Virus record (IMG/VR): IMGVR_UViG_3300034061_002899
Source: a virus
DNA length: 64,000 nt
Direction: 5' to 3' (one strand)
Positions 48,867 to 57,044 of the stretch are shown in pieces. The translations under genes and the position numbers were made by a program. Position 1 is the stretch's first letter. Each line of letters opens with the position of its first letter. The notes beneath the pieces are model-generated. The model did no database searches. It was not told where the DNA came from and saw only the letters and a program-made list of their open reading frames with translations.

Positions 48867-49315
48867 CTTATTTCCTTTATTTTATTTATATAGTCGCTAC
48901 ATATAGCCATGCATTCTACATTTAATACATTGTTTAATGTATTGTCTATATACTCCGGCATGACCATAATACTGTTCCGTGTCAGTGGCTTACCGGGTTG
49001 TGTCCATATGTCACCTTGACTAGTTAACACACAACTATCACTTTCATGCCAAAAGAAATTTAGTATTCTGTTTGCACCCATGACATATAGTGCATCTAAA
49101 TTCTTTGCATGTAACCATAAATTAGGTTGTTCTATAAATTCATATGACACTTCATAGTCAGGATGGTCATGTCCTAGAAACCACTTATCATCTACATACC
49201 ACACATCTACTTCACAATGATAGCCTTTACTTAATGCTAATTCAATTTGCTGTGGTCTGTTCTCTAAATTAACATCAGGACCATTAAACAATCCCCTATG
49301 TGCAATGTATATCAT
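48857..49315 (-). CDS. Glycerophosphodiester phosphodiesterase-like (PLC-like) protein
   Basis: IAHRG, EN, CEVDVW, LGHD, WLHAKN, ICSDY. Confidence 0.8.
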   Translation of the reverse strand: MIYIAHRGLFNGPDVNLENRPQQIELALSKGYHCEVDVWYVDDKWFLGHDHPDYEVSYEFIEQPNLWLHAKNLDALYVMGANRILNFFWHESDSCVLTSQGDIWTQPGKPLTRNSIMVMPEYIDNTLNNVLNVECMAICSDYINKIKEIRCD

Positions 49316-50013
49316 AATGTTTTTAGTATTTCCCAAGTTTCTTTATAACCATTGTCAATTTGAAAATATTTATTAACCTTATTAATAGTCATGGGATAAT
49401 CTATTCCATCAGTAAAACATTTATCCCCGAAAAAATATGAATCAGTTAAATCATAATCAATCATCAAAAGACCCGTACAGCTACCCTTGTTGGCGCCACG
49501 TAAACAAATATCAATACTTGTATTACCTCCTAGATATGCTTCAAATCTAGGAAATTGTTCTACAAATTTAGTAGCTAGTAACTTACGCTCGTTGTGCTTT
49601 CTATCCCATTCAATATATTTATTACGGTCATCAATTGTTGCATTTCTTCCCACCACTGAAACATTCAAACTACCTGTTCGTTGTTCTATGTGGTTACCTG
49701 TTTTAGTGGTATATGGGCTTTCTTGTATATAACTATTAAGCCAATATAATTCTTCGGGTCTTAATGTAAATTGATTTAATTTATATTCTCTACCTTCAAT
49801 GAATACATGATTACCCATACAATGAAACTGTATTTTTGCATTGTTAAGTATTTCTGATCCTATTTGGTTTATGGTAGAATGTCTTTCACCACCGGTAAGT
49901 ATGACATATTTTTTATTTTTACTCCATTCAAGAAACCATGCATGAAAATCTGGATCAATTTTTTGACCAGTATCACATAATACGCCATCAACATCAAATA
50001 TCCAAGTTGTCAT
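49312..50013 (-). CDS. HAD-IIB phosphomannomutase-like enzyme
   Basis: FDVDGVL, IEQRTG..N.S.VGR, GGNTSID, NK, FFGDK...DY. Confidence 0.85.
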   Translation of the reverse strand: MTTWIFDVDGVLCDTGQKIDPDFHAWFLEWSKNKKYVILTGGERHSTINQIGSEILNNAKIQFHCMGNHVFIEGREYKLNQFTLRPEELYWLNSYIQESPYTTKTGNHIEQRTGSLNVSVVGRNATIDDRNKYIEWDRKHNERKLLATKFVEQFPRFEAYLGGNTSIDICLRGANKGSCTGLLMIDYDLTDSYFFGDKCFTDGIDYPMTINKVNKYFQIDNGYKETWEILKTL

Positions 50014-50330
50014 ACTATATATTTGTCTCCCGGTATACTAGGTGTTTTAACACATACCACAGTGCAGTCTTCCAAAAATATAGGATCTGCAATTTCGTTT
50101 GTTTCTACGATGAATGTATCACCTGCATTTAACTCTACTCCGCACATTGTCATTTTGCCTGATATTAACACATTATATTCTGTGATTAGTTTATGATAGT
50201 GTGCGCCGTATACTTCACCTTTAGGATGCACTCTAACACACACTTCAAAATCTTTTGTGCGTAATAAACTTTTGTCAAAGTCTCCGATGATCCAACCACG
50301 GTCGTGGTCAGATAGTTTACCTACTATCAT
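50010..50330 (-). CDS. Cupin-domain protein
   Basis: GWIIGDF, HYHKLITEYN, VKTPS..GDK. Confidence 0.8.
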   Translation of the reverse strand: MIVGKLSDHDRGWIIGDFDKSLLRTKDFEVCVRVHPKGEVYGAHYHKLITEYNVLISGKMTMCGVELNAGDTFIVETNEIADPIFLEDCTVVCVKTPSIPGDKYIV

Positions 50331-51024
50331 ATAAATACTTCTCCAAATCTTCGGGAGTGCCTACCGGGTAAAATTCTGAATTTTGTATTCTGCATACTCC
50401 AATATCCATCCCCTCTTTTACTAGATAATTGTATGTAGGTGCTATGTAATATTCACCATTCGCTGATTTTTTACCATCGTTTATCATACGTTTTGCTGAT
50501 TCAAAAAAATATTTTGCATGTTTCCAATAGTGTATGCCGGTTAGTGCATGTTTGCTAATCACTTCCTTTTCAACAAATTGTATTGCAAAGCCATCTTCTA
50601 TTCTTACATAACTATGTTTTGGATCATTATCAGTTATTGTAACTACTGCCCCGTCATATGTTCTCATGTCAGAAATTACATCATATGCATTCCAATTCAT
50701 TATTTGATCACAATTTGCAATAATTAATTCATCATCTTTATTAATATAGTCTTCCATAATTAATGCGGATGCGGCAGCTCCATTGGGAGTATAATTAACT
50801 GAAACAATGTTTGGATCAGGACAGATGCTGTAAATTGCACCTATTGTTTGTTGCATGAATTCATTATTGCGAATAACAAAATGATACTTACCAGTAATCC
50901 CTAAACTTTCGATTGCTCTTACAATCATAGGCTTATCATTTATTGATATTAAGGGTTTAGGTAAACTGTGGGTATTTTTAAATCTACTACCTTCACCTGC
51001 CAATGGAATTAAAATATTAAGCAT
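50317..51024 (-). CDS. Sugar-phosphate nucleotidyltransferase
   Basis: LAGEGSRF..PKPLI, NCDQ, EK, GEYYIAP.YN, VGTPEDL. Confidence 0.88.
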   Translation of the reverse strand: MLNILIPLAGEGSRFKNTHSLPKPLISINDKPMIVRAIESLGITGKYHFVIRNNEFMQQTIGAIYSICPDPNIVSVNYTPNGAAASALIMEDYINKDDELIIANCDQIMNWNAYDVISDMRTYDGAVVTITDNDPKHSYVRIEDGFAIQFVEKEVISKHALTGIHYWKHAKYFFESAKRMINDGKKSANGEYYIAPTYNYLVKEGMDIGVCRIQNSEFYPVGTPEDLEKYLYDSR

Positions 51025-51120
51025 ACAACATATTTATATACAATATGATGTATTAAAATTTTGAGTAAATTACCATTCTGGATGGTTTGGCAGGCATCTA
51101 ATGATGCCCGCTATTATAGT

Positions 51121-51333
51121 TTATCGAATACGTCTTAAATAGTCTCTGCCAACAAGACCCTTTTCAATTTCCATCAATGCTGTAACTGTAGGACCTGCTT
51201 TAGTATTAAGTGTAGAACGATGTCCTCGCTTTAATTCTCTTACACGCTGTGCGGCAATGAGTACTAAATCAAACCGATTTCCAACTGCGTTGGCGGCTTC
51301 TTCACTTGTATAACGTGCTCTTGATTCTGTCAT
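51121..51333 (-). CDS. rpoZ: RNA polymerase omega subunit
   Basis: NRFDLVLIAAQRVREL...PTVTALMEIEKG. Confidence 0.9.
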   Translation of the reverse strand: MTESRARYTSEEAANAVGNRFDLVLIAAQRVRELKRGHRSTLNTKAGPTVTALMEIEKGLVGRDYLRRIR

Positions 51334-51358
51334 AGTTTCTTTCTTTGGTTGTAAAAAA

Positions 51359-51434
51359 TGGAGCGGGATAAGAGGCTCGAACTCTCGACCTATACCTTGG
51401 CAAGGTATCGCTCTACCAACTGAGCTAATCCCGC
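51359..51434 (-). tRNA. tRNA-Gly(GCC)
   Basis: Cloverleaf; ATACC-TTGCCAA-GGTAT; CCA end. Confidence 0.97.
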
Positions 51435-51436
51435 AT

Positions 51437-51586
51437 TTAACTTGGTATCATTTTTGGCATATAAGGAACTGCTCTAGGTCCATGACGTTGTTGTAATAGC
51501 ATACGTGCTTCTTCAGCATTGTTTGCTCCTACTCTGTCTGTGAACTCTTTACCGTTCACTCTTACTGTTGCTTCAAATAATTTCAT
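51437..51586 (-). CDS. Small hypothetical protein (49 aa)
   Basis: MKLFEATVRV...GANNAEEARMLLQQRHG; between tRNAs. Confidence 0.65.
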   Translation of the reverse strand: MKLFEATVRVNGKEFTDRVGANNAEEARMLLQQRHGPRAVPYMPKMIPS

Positions 51587-51592
51587 AATGAT

Positions 51593-51668
51593 TGGTGGGT
51601 CGTGACAGGCTCGAACTGCCGACATTCTGCGTGTAAGGCAGACGCTCTACCAACTGAGCTAACGACCC
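51593..51668 (-). tRNA. tRNA-Val(TAC)
   Basis: TCTGC-CTTACAC-GCAGA; CCA. Confidence 0.97.
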
Positions 51669-51678
51669 TTTATTTTAT

Positions 51679-51864
51679 TTAACCACCTTGTTCACTGTCT
51701 TTAACATTTCCCCAATCAATGACTGGCTTTTCTACATTCATGTCAGGGAGAGGAGGAGGAACGTATCGTTCTTTTGGTGGCTTCTTACCGAATATAGCAT
51801 CATGCTTATCGGCTAATTCCTCTAAACTTATACTAAATGGTCTTGGTCTACTACCTTTACTCAT
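51679..51864 (-). CDS. Hypothetical protein
   Basis: MSKGSRPRP; AAGGA RBS. Confidence 0.75.
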   Translation of the reverse strand: MSKGSRPRPFSISLEELADKHDAIFGKKPPKERYVPPPLPDMNVEKPVIDWGNVKDSEQGG

Positions 51865-51886
51865 TTGATTTCCTTTAAATTAAACT

Positions 51887-51963
51887 TGGTCGGAGTACAA
51901 GGATTCGAACCTTGGACCCCCTGGTCCCAAACCAGGTGCGCTACCAGACTGCGCCACACTCCG
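51887..51963 (-). tRNA. tRNA-Pro(TGG)
   Basis: CCTGG-TTTGGGA-CCAGG; CCA. Confidence 0.97.
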
Positions 51964-51990
51964 AATTATTTATAGCCCGATGTTATCGAA

Positions 51991-52626
51991 TCACTTTTTC
52001 CACAAGTGACTCACATCATCAGGCATTTTGTATTCATTTCGATATTGCAATATAGTAATATCATCATACTGATCTTTACCATTCCAAGGTGCACCTAATG
52101 CTAATGTAACCTTACATTCATCTGATGTGTTAATCATCCCGTGAGGGAAGCCACCATCCATTACAAATGCATGTTCTATATCAGGAGCAGATACTTTTCC
52201 TTTATCAGTAATCCAGTATAGTGTACTAGTATTACCTTGCAAAACAATTCTTATCTTATGTTGTAACGTGTTCAACTCATGGGGACTACAATCAATATGT
52301 TCGTTGTTTGCCCCACCTGGTTTTGTTATCAACGCCATTACTCTAGCTTTACAGCCTATCCAGGGAAAAATATAATCTTCAAACCAATCAACGATTACTG
52401 CAGGAGTATGACTAACCCAACAAAAGTCACCCGGTTGATTATTACTAGTTCCGTCGACACCTATCCCGCCTTTAGTGTTTAAAGGAAACATTTGTGTATG
52501 TCTATAGTTGTCCCAAAAACTTAACTTACTATCAAGTGCTAAAATTTCTTTGGAGGCTTTTTTCTTATCTAAGATGGGTATACCATCTATTCTAGCAAAC
52601 AACAAATTATCGGCTGGTTTAATCAT
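51991..52626 (-). CDS. 2OG-Fe(II) oxygenase-like (Asp/Asn beta-hydroxylase type)
   Basis: EHIDC (HxD), PHGMIN. Confidence 0.65.
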   Translation of the reverse strand: MIKPADNLLFARIDGIPILDKKKASKEILALDSKLSFWDNYRHTQMFPLNTKGGIGVDGTSNNQPGDFCWVSHTPAVIVDWFEDYIFPWIGCKARVMALITKPGGANNEHIDCSPHELNTLQHKIRIVLQGNTSTLYWITDKGKVSAPDIEHAFVMDGGFPHGMINTSDECKVTLALGAPWNGKDQYDDITILQYRNEYKMPDDVSHLWKK

Positions 52627-52635
52627 ATAATATAT

Positions 52636-53163
52636 TTATGTTAATAGAAACACTGGATCAATATCTGTAGCAACCGTCATACAGATTCTTGGAACTGTAT
52701 TCATATTTGTATGCACTCTATGTGGTTCTTGAACCCTAATTACTGTAGGTCTAATGATTTCAACCTCTGCTACCTTAGTAGGTATTGAATTATCTTTCAA
52801 TAAGTAATAAGGTATTCCATTCTGTTGAAAAAACATAGTATACTCACCACCTGAATAAAATTCAGTGCGTGAGCCTTCGCAATTCAAAATAGGAATATTG
52901 ATTCGACATTGTGATTTAAGATTACTCTTATAGTCAATATGAACTTTAGAATGTTCTTGTAGGAAGGTTACGTACAACGCAACTTTTTTTACCTTTAGAT
53001 TATAGTCTGCAAACGCAGACAATATTTCAGGACAATATTCAAGGTAGTCCTTATCTAGTAAGGAGAACCCTACTCTCACCGATGAATGATGTTCAAGAAA
53101 CTTTTTGGTCTTTTCTTGAATGACCTCAAAGTTTTGTATTTCAATCTGATTAAAATATTTCAT
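52636..53163 (-). CDS. 2OG-Fe(II) oxygenase-like protein
   Basis: VHIDY, RINIPILNC, PHRV, PRI. Confidence 0.65.
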   Translation of the reverse strand: MKYFNQIEIQNFEVIQEKTKKFLEHHSSVRVGFSLLDKDYLEYCPEILSAFADYNLKVKKVALYVTFLQEHSKVHIDYKSNLKSQCRINIPILNCEGSRTEFYSGGEYTMFFQQNGIPYYLLKDNSIPTKVAEVEIIRPTVIRVQEPHRVHTNMNTVPRICMTVATDIDPVFLLT

Positions 53164-53166
53164 ATT

Positions 53167-53241
53167 TGGATGCGGGTGACAGATTCGAACTGCCGATGCA
53201 CCTGGCTTATGAGACCGGTGTGGTGACCAACCCTACCCGCG
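53167..53241 (-). tRNA. Atypical initiator-like tRNA-Met(CAT)
   Basis: C1:A72 mismatch, CTCATAA loop, canonical T arm, CCA; poor D arm and bulged anticodon stem. Confidence 0.7.
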
Positions 53242-53244
53242 TAA

Positions 53245-53313
53245 TTTATAAATGTATTTCTTTTTCACTTACAGAGCCAGTCTTATCAGCTGGGTATGAA
53301 ACACATTTATAAA
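53245..53313 (-). ncRNA. Stem-enclosed small RNA cassette A
   Basis: 16-bp inverted repeat (one G.U pair) closing a 37-nt insert. Confidence 0.5.
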
Positions 53314-53314
53314 G

Positions 53315-53505
53315 TGAGACTGCTACTACACCACATAGCCCAGTCTCTGAGTTGTTACACTGTCCACTTCTTCAATCTAGACGGTTAGAAGTCCGCCTTT
53401 GTGATTTTTCAAGTCGCTTTAAACAAGCCTTGCAGTAGATCCAATGCACTGTGCTATTAAGGTATTAGCAATTACCTAACTCTATTACGCTGAGTTAACG
53501 CGGGT
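53315..53505 (-). ncRNA. Pseudoknot-rich ncRNA, paralogue of 57860-58055
   Basis: H-type pseudoknots AGGTA/TACCT+TGCTA/TAGCA and GGCGG/CCGTC+ACTTCT/AGAAGT; shared 3' motif. Confidence 0.6.
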
Positions 53506-53509
53506 TTAT

Positions 53510-53585
53510 TGGTGGAGGATACCGGGATCGAACCGATGACCTACTGGTTGCAAACCAGTCGCTCTCCCAACTGAGCTAATCCCCC
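53510..53585 (-). tRNA. tRNA-Ala(TGC)
   Basis: G3:U70; TTTGCAA loop; CCA. Confidence 0.97.
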
Positions 53586-53972
53586 TCATCTCAGTAAGCC
53601 TCTACTTCCTCGTCCACTACCTTTATTCTTGGCAGCATATGATGCAGTTTGGCTATGACAGTTTGGACACAACAGCCTTACATTTTCAGGCATATTATTA
53701 CCAGCATTGCCATCTATATGATCTAACTGTAATGCTAACGGCACATTGTTATGTATTCCGTTATTACTACAACAAGCACATTTATATCCTGTTAGTTTTG
53801 TGATAATCTTATTCAGTGTCCGTCTATCTTTTACCTCACCTAAGTAAAATTTAGGCATAGTTAAATCTTTAAAAGTAAAATCAGCCTGACATTGATTGTC
53901 GCAAAACTTATTTTTATTATTACGCTTTACAGTGTTTTCTCTGTTACAGTGTAGGCAGTTAAATGTATTCAT
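53586..53972 (-). CDS. HNH endonuclease
   Basis: CACC, LQLDHIDGNAGNN...LCPNCHSQT. Confidence 0.9.
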   Translation of the reverse strand: MNTFNCLHCNRENTVKRNNKNKFCDNQCQADFTFKDLTMPKFYLGEVKDRRTLNKIITKLTGYKCACCSNNGIHNNVPLALQLDHIDGNAGNNMPENVRLLCPNCHSQTASYAAKNKGSGRGSRGLLR

Positions 53973-54051
53973 AGTATAATTCTTTGTAGTCCGTATACTA
54001 TTTATGCAAACGCTCTACATTTTGATATTTACCTACACCCCCAATATTCTT

Positions 54052-54128
54052 TGGTGCCCTAGGAGAGACTCGAACTCTCAGTTTACGGCTTCTAAGACCG
54101 CTGTGTCTACCAATTTCACCACCAGGGC
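54052..54128 (-). tRNA. tRNA-Leu(TAG) lacking the long variable arm
   Basis: Leu-type D arm GTGAAATTGGTAGACAC; CTTAGAA loop; 77 nt; CCA. Confidence 0.9.
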
Positions 54129-54188
54129 ATTCATTTCAATACGTATTGTAACAGAGAACTATTTATCTGTCTACTGTTTTGGATAACT

Positions 54189-54262
54189 TGGAGCGGGGTA
54201 ACAGAATCGAACTGTCCGCATCAGATTGGAAATCTGAGGTATTACCACTATACGAACCCCGC
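54189..54262 (-). tRNA. tRNA-Gly(TCC)
   Basis: TCAGA-TTTCCAA-TCTGA; U73-CCA. Confidence 0.96.
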
Positions 54263-55030
54263 TTATATATATTTTCTTTCACTTAACCAGGGCACAATAA
54301 CCTCATCAACAAATTCTTTATGCATCTCTGTTGTGGGGTGATGTGGACCTGTAAGAATATTCCATTCTTCAGGATTAGACTCTGCGTATTTTGAATTTTT
54401 TGATATCCAATTATACTGACTAGTTATAGGAAGATACTGCTCTGTATCAATTTGTTTATATAAGTAATCTATTTCAGGATGTGTTATATTTTCAGGCAGA
54501 ACAATATTATCGTCCATATAATTAGTAAAAAAATATTTAATATTTTTTGATTTTAGAAACCATTGTGTTTTCAATATATGCTCAATCGAATATATACTTG
54601 ATCCTATTTCATCATGGAACATTTTATAATATGTCATCGCTTCTTTATTATTTTCTGCCCAATTGGTATTAAGTATTACCCAATTTTTTGTACTATCTTT
54701 TACAAAACCAGTTGGATTTTCCATCCATCCATTATGTACTTTATCAGATACAAAATGTAATAAACCAGGTGATGTACATCTAAAGTCATGTCTATTAGAA
54801 CCACTCCACATAACACCTACTAGTATATCTTCTGGTTTATGTGTCTTTAGTGCTTCTAGTACACCATATATTATACTTCTACTTATAAGTCCGTTACCCT
54901 GACTACCCATTGCATAACTCTTATGATCATAGTCAGTTAATTCTTTAGATAAATGTATAGGCCACGCTTTATTTGCATAACTAATACATTCACTAAAACT
55001 ACAACCTGAGGTGATTAATAATTTTTTCAT
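54263..55030 (-). CDS. SGNH/GDSL-like protein
   Basis: SGCSFS, GNGLI.R, MWSGSNR, HHPTTEMH. Confidence 0.7.
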   Translation of the reverse strand: MKKLLITSGCSFSECISYANKAWPIHLSKELTDYDHKSYAMGSQGNGLISRSIIYGVLEALKTHKPEDILVGVMWSGSNRHDFRCTSPGLLHFVSDKVHNGWMENPTGFVKDSTKNWVILNTNWAENNKEAMTYYKMFHDEIGSSIYSIEHILKTQWFLKSKNIKYFFTNYMDDNIVLPENITHPEIDYLYKQIDTEQYLPITSQYNWISKNSKYAESNPEEWNILTGPHHPTTEMHKEFVDEVIVPWLSERKYI

Positions 55031-55040
55031 AAATATACTT

Positions 55041-55208
55041 ATGCACATTTACGATGCTATTACAAATTCCGGATTACACATCCATCTTTCAATGATGGAA
55101 GATGAATCCTTTTACATTATGGTACATGATCTTGTGAACTTCACTATGCAAATGAAGTTCTTTAGTAGCGTTGAGCCTGCTAGAGCATTTATTCAATCAC
55201 TAGAATAA
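55041..55208 (+). CDS. Small hypothetical protein
   Basis: ATAAATA late-type promoter directly upstream. Confidence 0.55.
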   Translation: MHIYDAITNSGLHIHLSMMEDESFYIMVHDLVNFTMQMKFFSSVEPARAFIQSLE

Positions 55209-55210
55209 TT

Positions 55211-55284
55211 TGGCATCCCCCCAAGGATTCGAACCTTGACTAACGGTTTTGGAGACCGGTATGCTGCCATTACATTAGGGAGAT
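55211..55284 (-). tRNA. tRNA-Trp(CCA)
   Basis: CCGGT-CTCCAAA-ACCGT; G73-CCA; overlaps 3' end of upstream CDS. Confidence 0.93.
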
Positions 55285-55815
55285 ATTTAATTCTTTTAAT
55301 TTGTCTAAGTAATGTGATTGACCTTTACTGACCATTGAACGCCAGTCATTTAGTGAATCATCATTGGCTCCGTCACTAACAAACTTGTAACATAGAAACT
55401 CTACTTTATGTTTCCTGCATACTTTCGCAATAGCGTATGCTTCCATATCTACTACATCAGCAGGAATTAATAAGTTACTATCTGTGACAAAGTTATCACC
55501 TGTACTACAAGTTAATCCATCACCATTATCAATGATGATAGTATCTTCAAATGGTGTTTGACCTGGTAGACTACCTAACTCACAGCACATCATATCACGT
55601 TGAATAAACTTTGACACTTGATGGAATCCTGACTTAACAGTAACTCCACCTGCTGTACCAAAGTTGATAACACGATCAGGGTTGTACTTGGCAATCAACT
55701 CAGCCGCAGTCATTGCGGCATTTACTTTTCCTACACCTGTGTAAAATACTTTCATACTGAAAGCCATGTCAGGTGCTTCTTCTTTCAATGCAATTAATAT
55801 TAAATCTTTTTTCAT
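55270..55815 (-). CDS. mtnN: MTA/SAH nucleosidase (PNP_UDP_1 family)
   Basis: TGVGKVNAA, NFGTAG, TGDNFV, VDMEAYA, KFVSDGA. Confidence 0.85.
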   Translation of the reverse strand: MKKDLILIALKEEAPDMAFSMKVFYTGVGKVNAAMTAAELIAKYNPDRVINFGTAGGVTVKSGFHQVSKFIQRDMMCCELGSLPGQTPFEDTIIIDNGDGLTCSTGDNFVTDSNLLIPADVVDMEAYAIAKVCRKHKVEFLCYKFVSDGANDDSLNDWRSMVSKGQSHYLDKLKELNISLM

Positions 55816-55824
55816 AAATTCTCT

Positions 55825-55916
55825 TGGTGGAAACGGTGAGATTCGAACTCACGGGACGCATTAACATCCGACAGTTTTCAAGACTGTTGCAATAAACCGG
55901 GCTCTGCCACGCTTCC
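55825..55916 (-). tRNA. tRNA-Ser(TGA)
   Basis: ACAGT-CTTGAAA-ACTGT; long variable arm; CCA. Confidence 0.95.
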
Positions 55917-56104
55917 TATTTTATTAGTATATCTACGTTTTGACCTTTAGCGGCAGGTTCTATTTTTCCTGTATTGTCGTAAAGGTATTGTATGACTTCT
56001 AAAACTGTTTTATTTGTCTTAGGATCTACTAGAGTACGATACTCGGTGTTGCGATATTGGTTATAAACCATATCCCAACTGTTTGTTATACTTTGTACTA
56101 TCAT
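55916..56104 (-). CDS. Hypothetical protein
   Basis: ATAAATA promoter upstream; KGQNVDI C-terminus. Confidence 0.65.
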   Translation of the reverse strand: MIVQSITNSWDMVYNQYRNTEYRTLVDPKTNKTVLEVIQYLYDNTGKIEPAAKGQNVDILIK

Positions 56105-56117
56105 ATAGTATTTATTA

Positions 56118-56212
56118 TACCATATAGAAACACACTTTTAAACCTTTCTTCAGCGTTTAGTCGCTATCTCCCTTACTAATCGGGCGTAGGGTAAATGTGT
56201 TTTTATATGGTA
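56118..56212 (-). ncRNA. Stem-enclosed small RNA cassette B
   Basis: 17-bp inverted repeat (1 mismatch) including the tRNA-Lys ACCA end; internal hairpins. Confidence 0.5.
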
Positions 56213-56281
56213 GGAGTGTTCGGGAACGATCCGAATTTTACCGGTTAAAAGCCGGTTACTTCACCTTAAAGTTTCACTCCC
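56208..56281 (-). tRNA. Atypical tRNA-Lys(TTT)
   Basis: ACCGG-CTTTTAA-CCGGT; A8, T-loop ATCGTTC; CCA. Confidence 0.8.
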
Positions 56282-56341
56282 ATAAGTCGTAATGATTGAT
56301 TTTACGTGCCAATCATAGACCTACGGAAGTCTATGATGACA

Positions 56342-56362
56342 CTATCGCTTACTGCGTTTCAT
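56342..56362 (-). other. Mini-ORF MKRSKR-amber followed by hairpin/pseudoknot (56286-56342)
   Basis: AAAGGAAACGAC-ATG AAA CGC AGT AAG CGA TAG; GTGTCA/TGGCAC and TCATAGAC/GTCTATGA stems. Confidence 0.5.
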
Positions 56363-56385
56363 GTCGTTTCCTTTGTTAAAAAATT

Positions 56386-56461
56386 TGGAGTGGGTGACAG
56401 GGGTCGAACCTGCATGTCACGGATTTGCAATCCGCTACCTAACCATTCAGTACACACCCAC
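56386..56461 (-). tRNA. tRNA-Cys(GCA)
   Basis: GCGGA-TTGCAAA-TCCGT; U73-CCA. Confidence 0.95.
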
Positions 56462-56466
56462 ATATT

Positions 56467-56668
56467 GCTCTGGCATCCCCCGGCGGTAATTATAGAGTAT
56501 CAAGACATGACGCTATCATACCCATCACACACTCCTTCCACCCGCTTCCCGAAACAGGGACCGTTCTCGCATTGCCAGCGGCCTTTGGGTTTAAAGACTA
56601 CCACCCGTAGCTGTCACGCTACTTCTCATCCTGTGGGTCACAGTATCCGGAGACACCCGGAACGTTCT
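56467..56668 (-). ncRNA. GC-rich ~200-nt structured RNA of unknown class
   Basis: Hairpins TCCGG/CCGGA, CTGTG/CACAG, GTAGC/GCTAC; long-range GGTGGTAGT/ATTACCGCC; CTGGCA/TGCCAG pseudoknot. Confidence 0.6.
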
Positions 56669-56682
56669 TTTATAAATACAGT

Positions 56683-56865
56683 ATGGATATCCAAGACTGC
56701 ATTGATATAGTTGAAAAGTTGTTGCGTCAAAACAACCGTAATTATAAGGATAGCCACGAACAATTATTATATGAACGAGGTTACCTTACTGGTATGCTTG
56801 CTCGGATGATGATTGAAAATCCTATGTTTCGCAATGAAATCATAGACCGAGCAAAAAAGAAATGA
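56683..56865 (+). CDS. Hypothetical protein
   Basis: TATAAATA late promoter at 56671-56678. Confidence 0.65.
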   Translation: MDIQDCIDIVEKLLRQNNRNYKDSHEQLLYERGYLTGMLARMMIENPMFRNEIIDRAKKK

Positions 56866-56866
56866 T

Positions 56867-56954
56867 TGGTGGAGAGTGTGGGATTCGAACCCACGCACCC
56901 ATTGCTGGATGACAGATTAGCAATCTGTTGGTTTAACCACTCACCCAACTCTCC
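56867..56954 (-). tRNA. tRNA-Ser(GCT)
   Basis: ACAGA-TTGCTAA-TCTGT; long variable arm; CCA. Confidence 0.95.
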
Positions 56955-56960
56955 TATACA

Positions 56961-57037
56961 TGGTGCCTCCGACAGGACTCGAACCTGTAACCAATGGATT
57001 ATGAGTCCACTGCTCTAACCAATTGAGCTACCGAGGC
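56961..57037 (-). tRNA. tRNA(CAT), probably Ile2
   Basis: GTGGA-CTCATAA-TCCAT; CCA; Ile2 vs Met is inferred. Confidence 0.85.
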
Positions 57038-57044
57038 GCTATTT

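Noticed and set aside
53261-53297. Hammerhead ribozyme (CTGATAAG...GAAA)
   Set aside because: Core deviates from CUGANGA and the three stems cannot be built
53315-53585. tmRNA (tRNA-Ala next to pseudoknots)
   Set aside because: tRNA-Ala is a complete standalone cloverleaf; no tRNA-like domain closes the pseudoknots and no tag ORF is evident
56135-56195. glnA or glycine riboswitch (AGTAAG...GAAG)
   Set aside because: Only partial motif; conserved P1 and downstream gene context are absent
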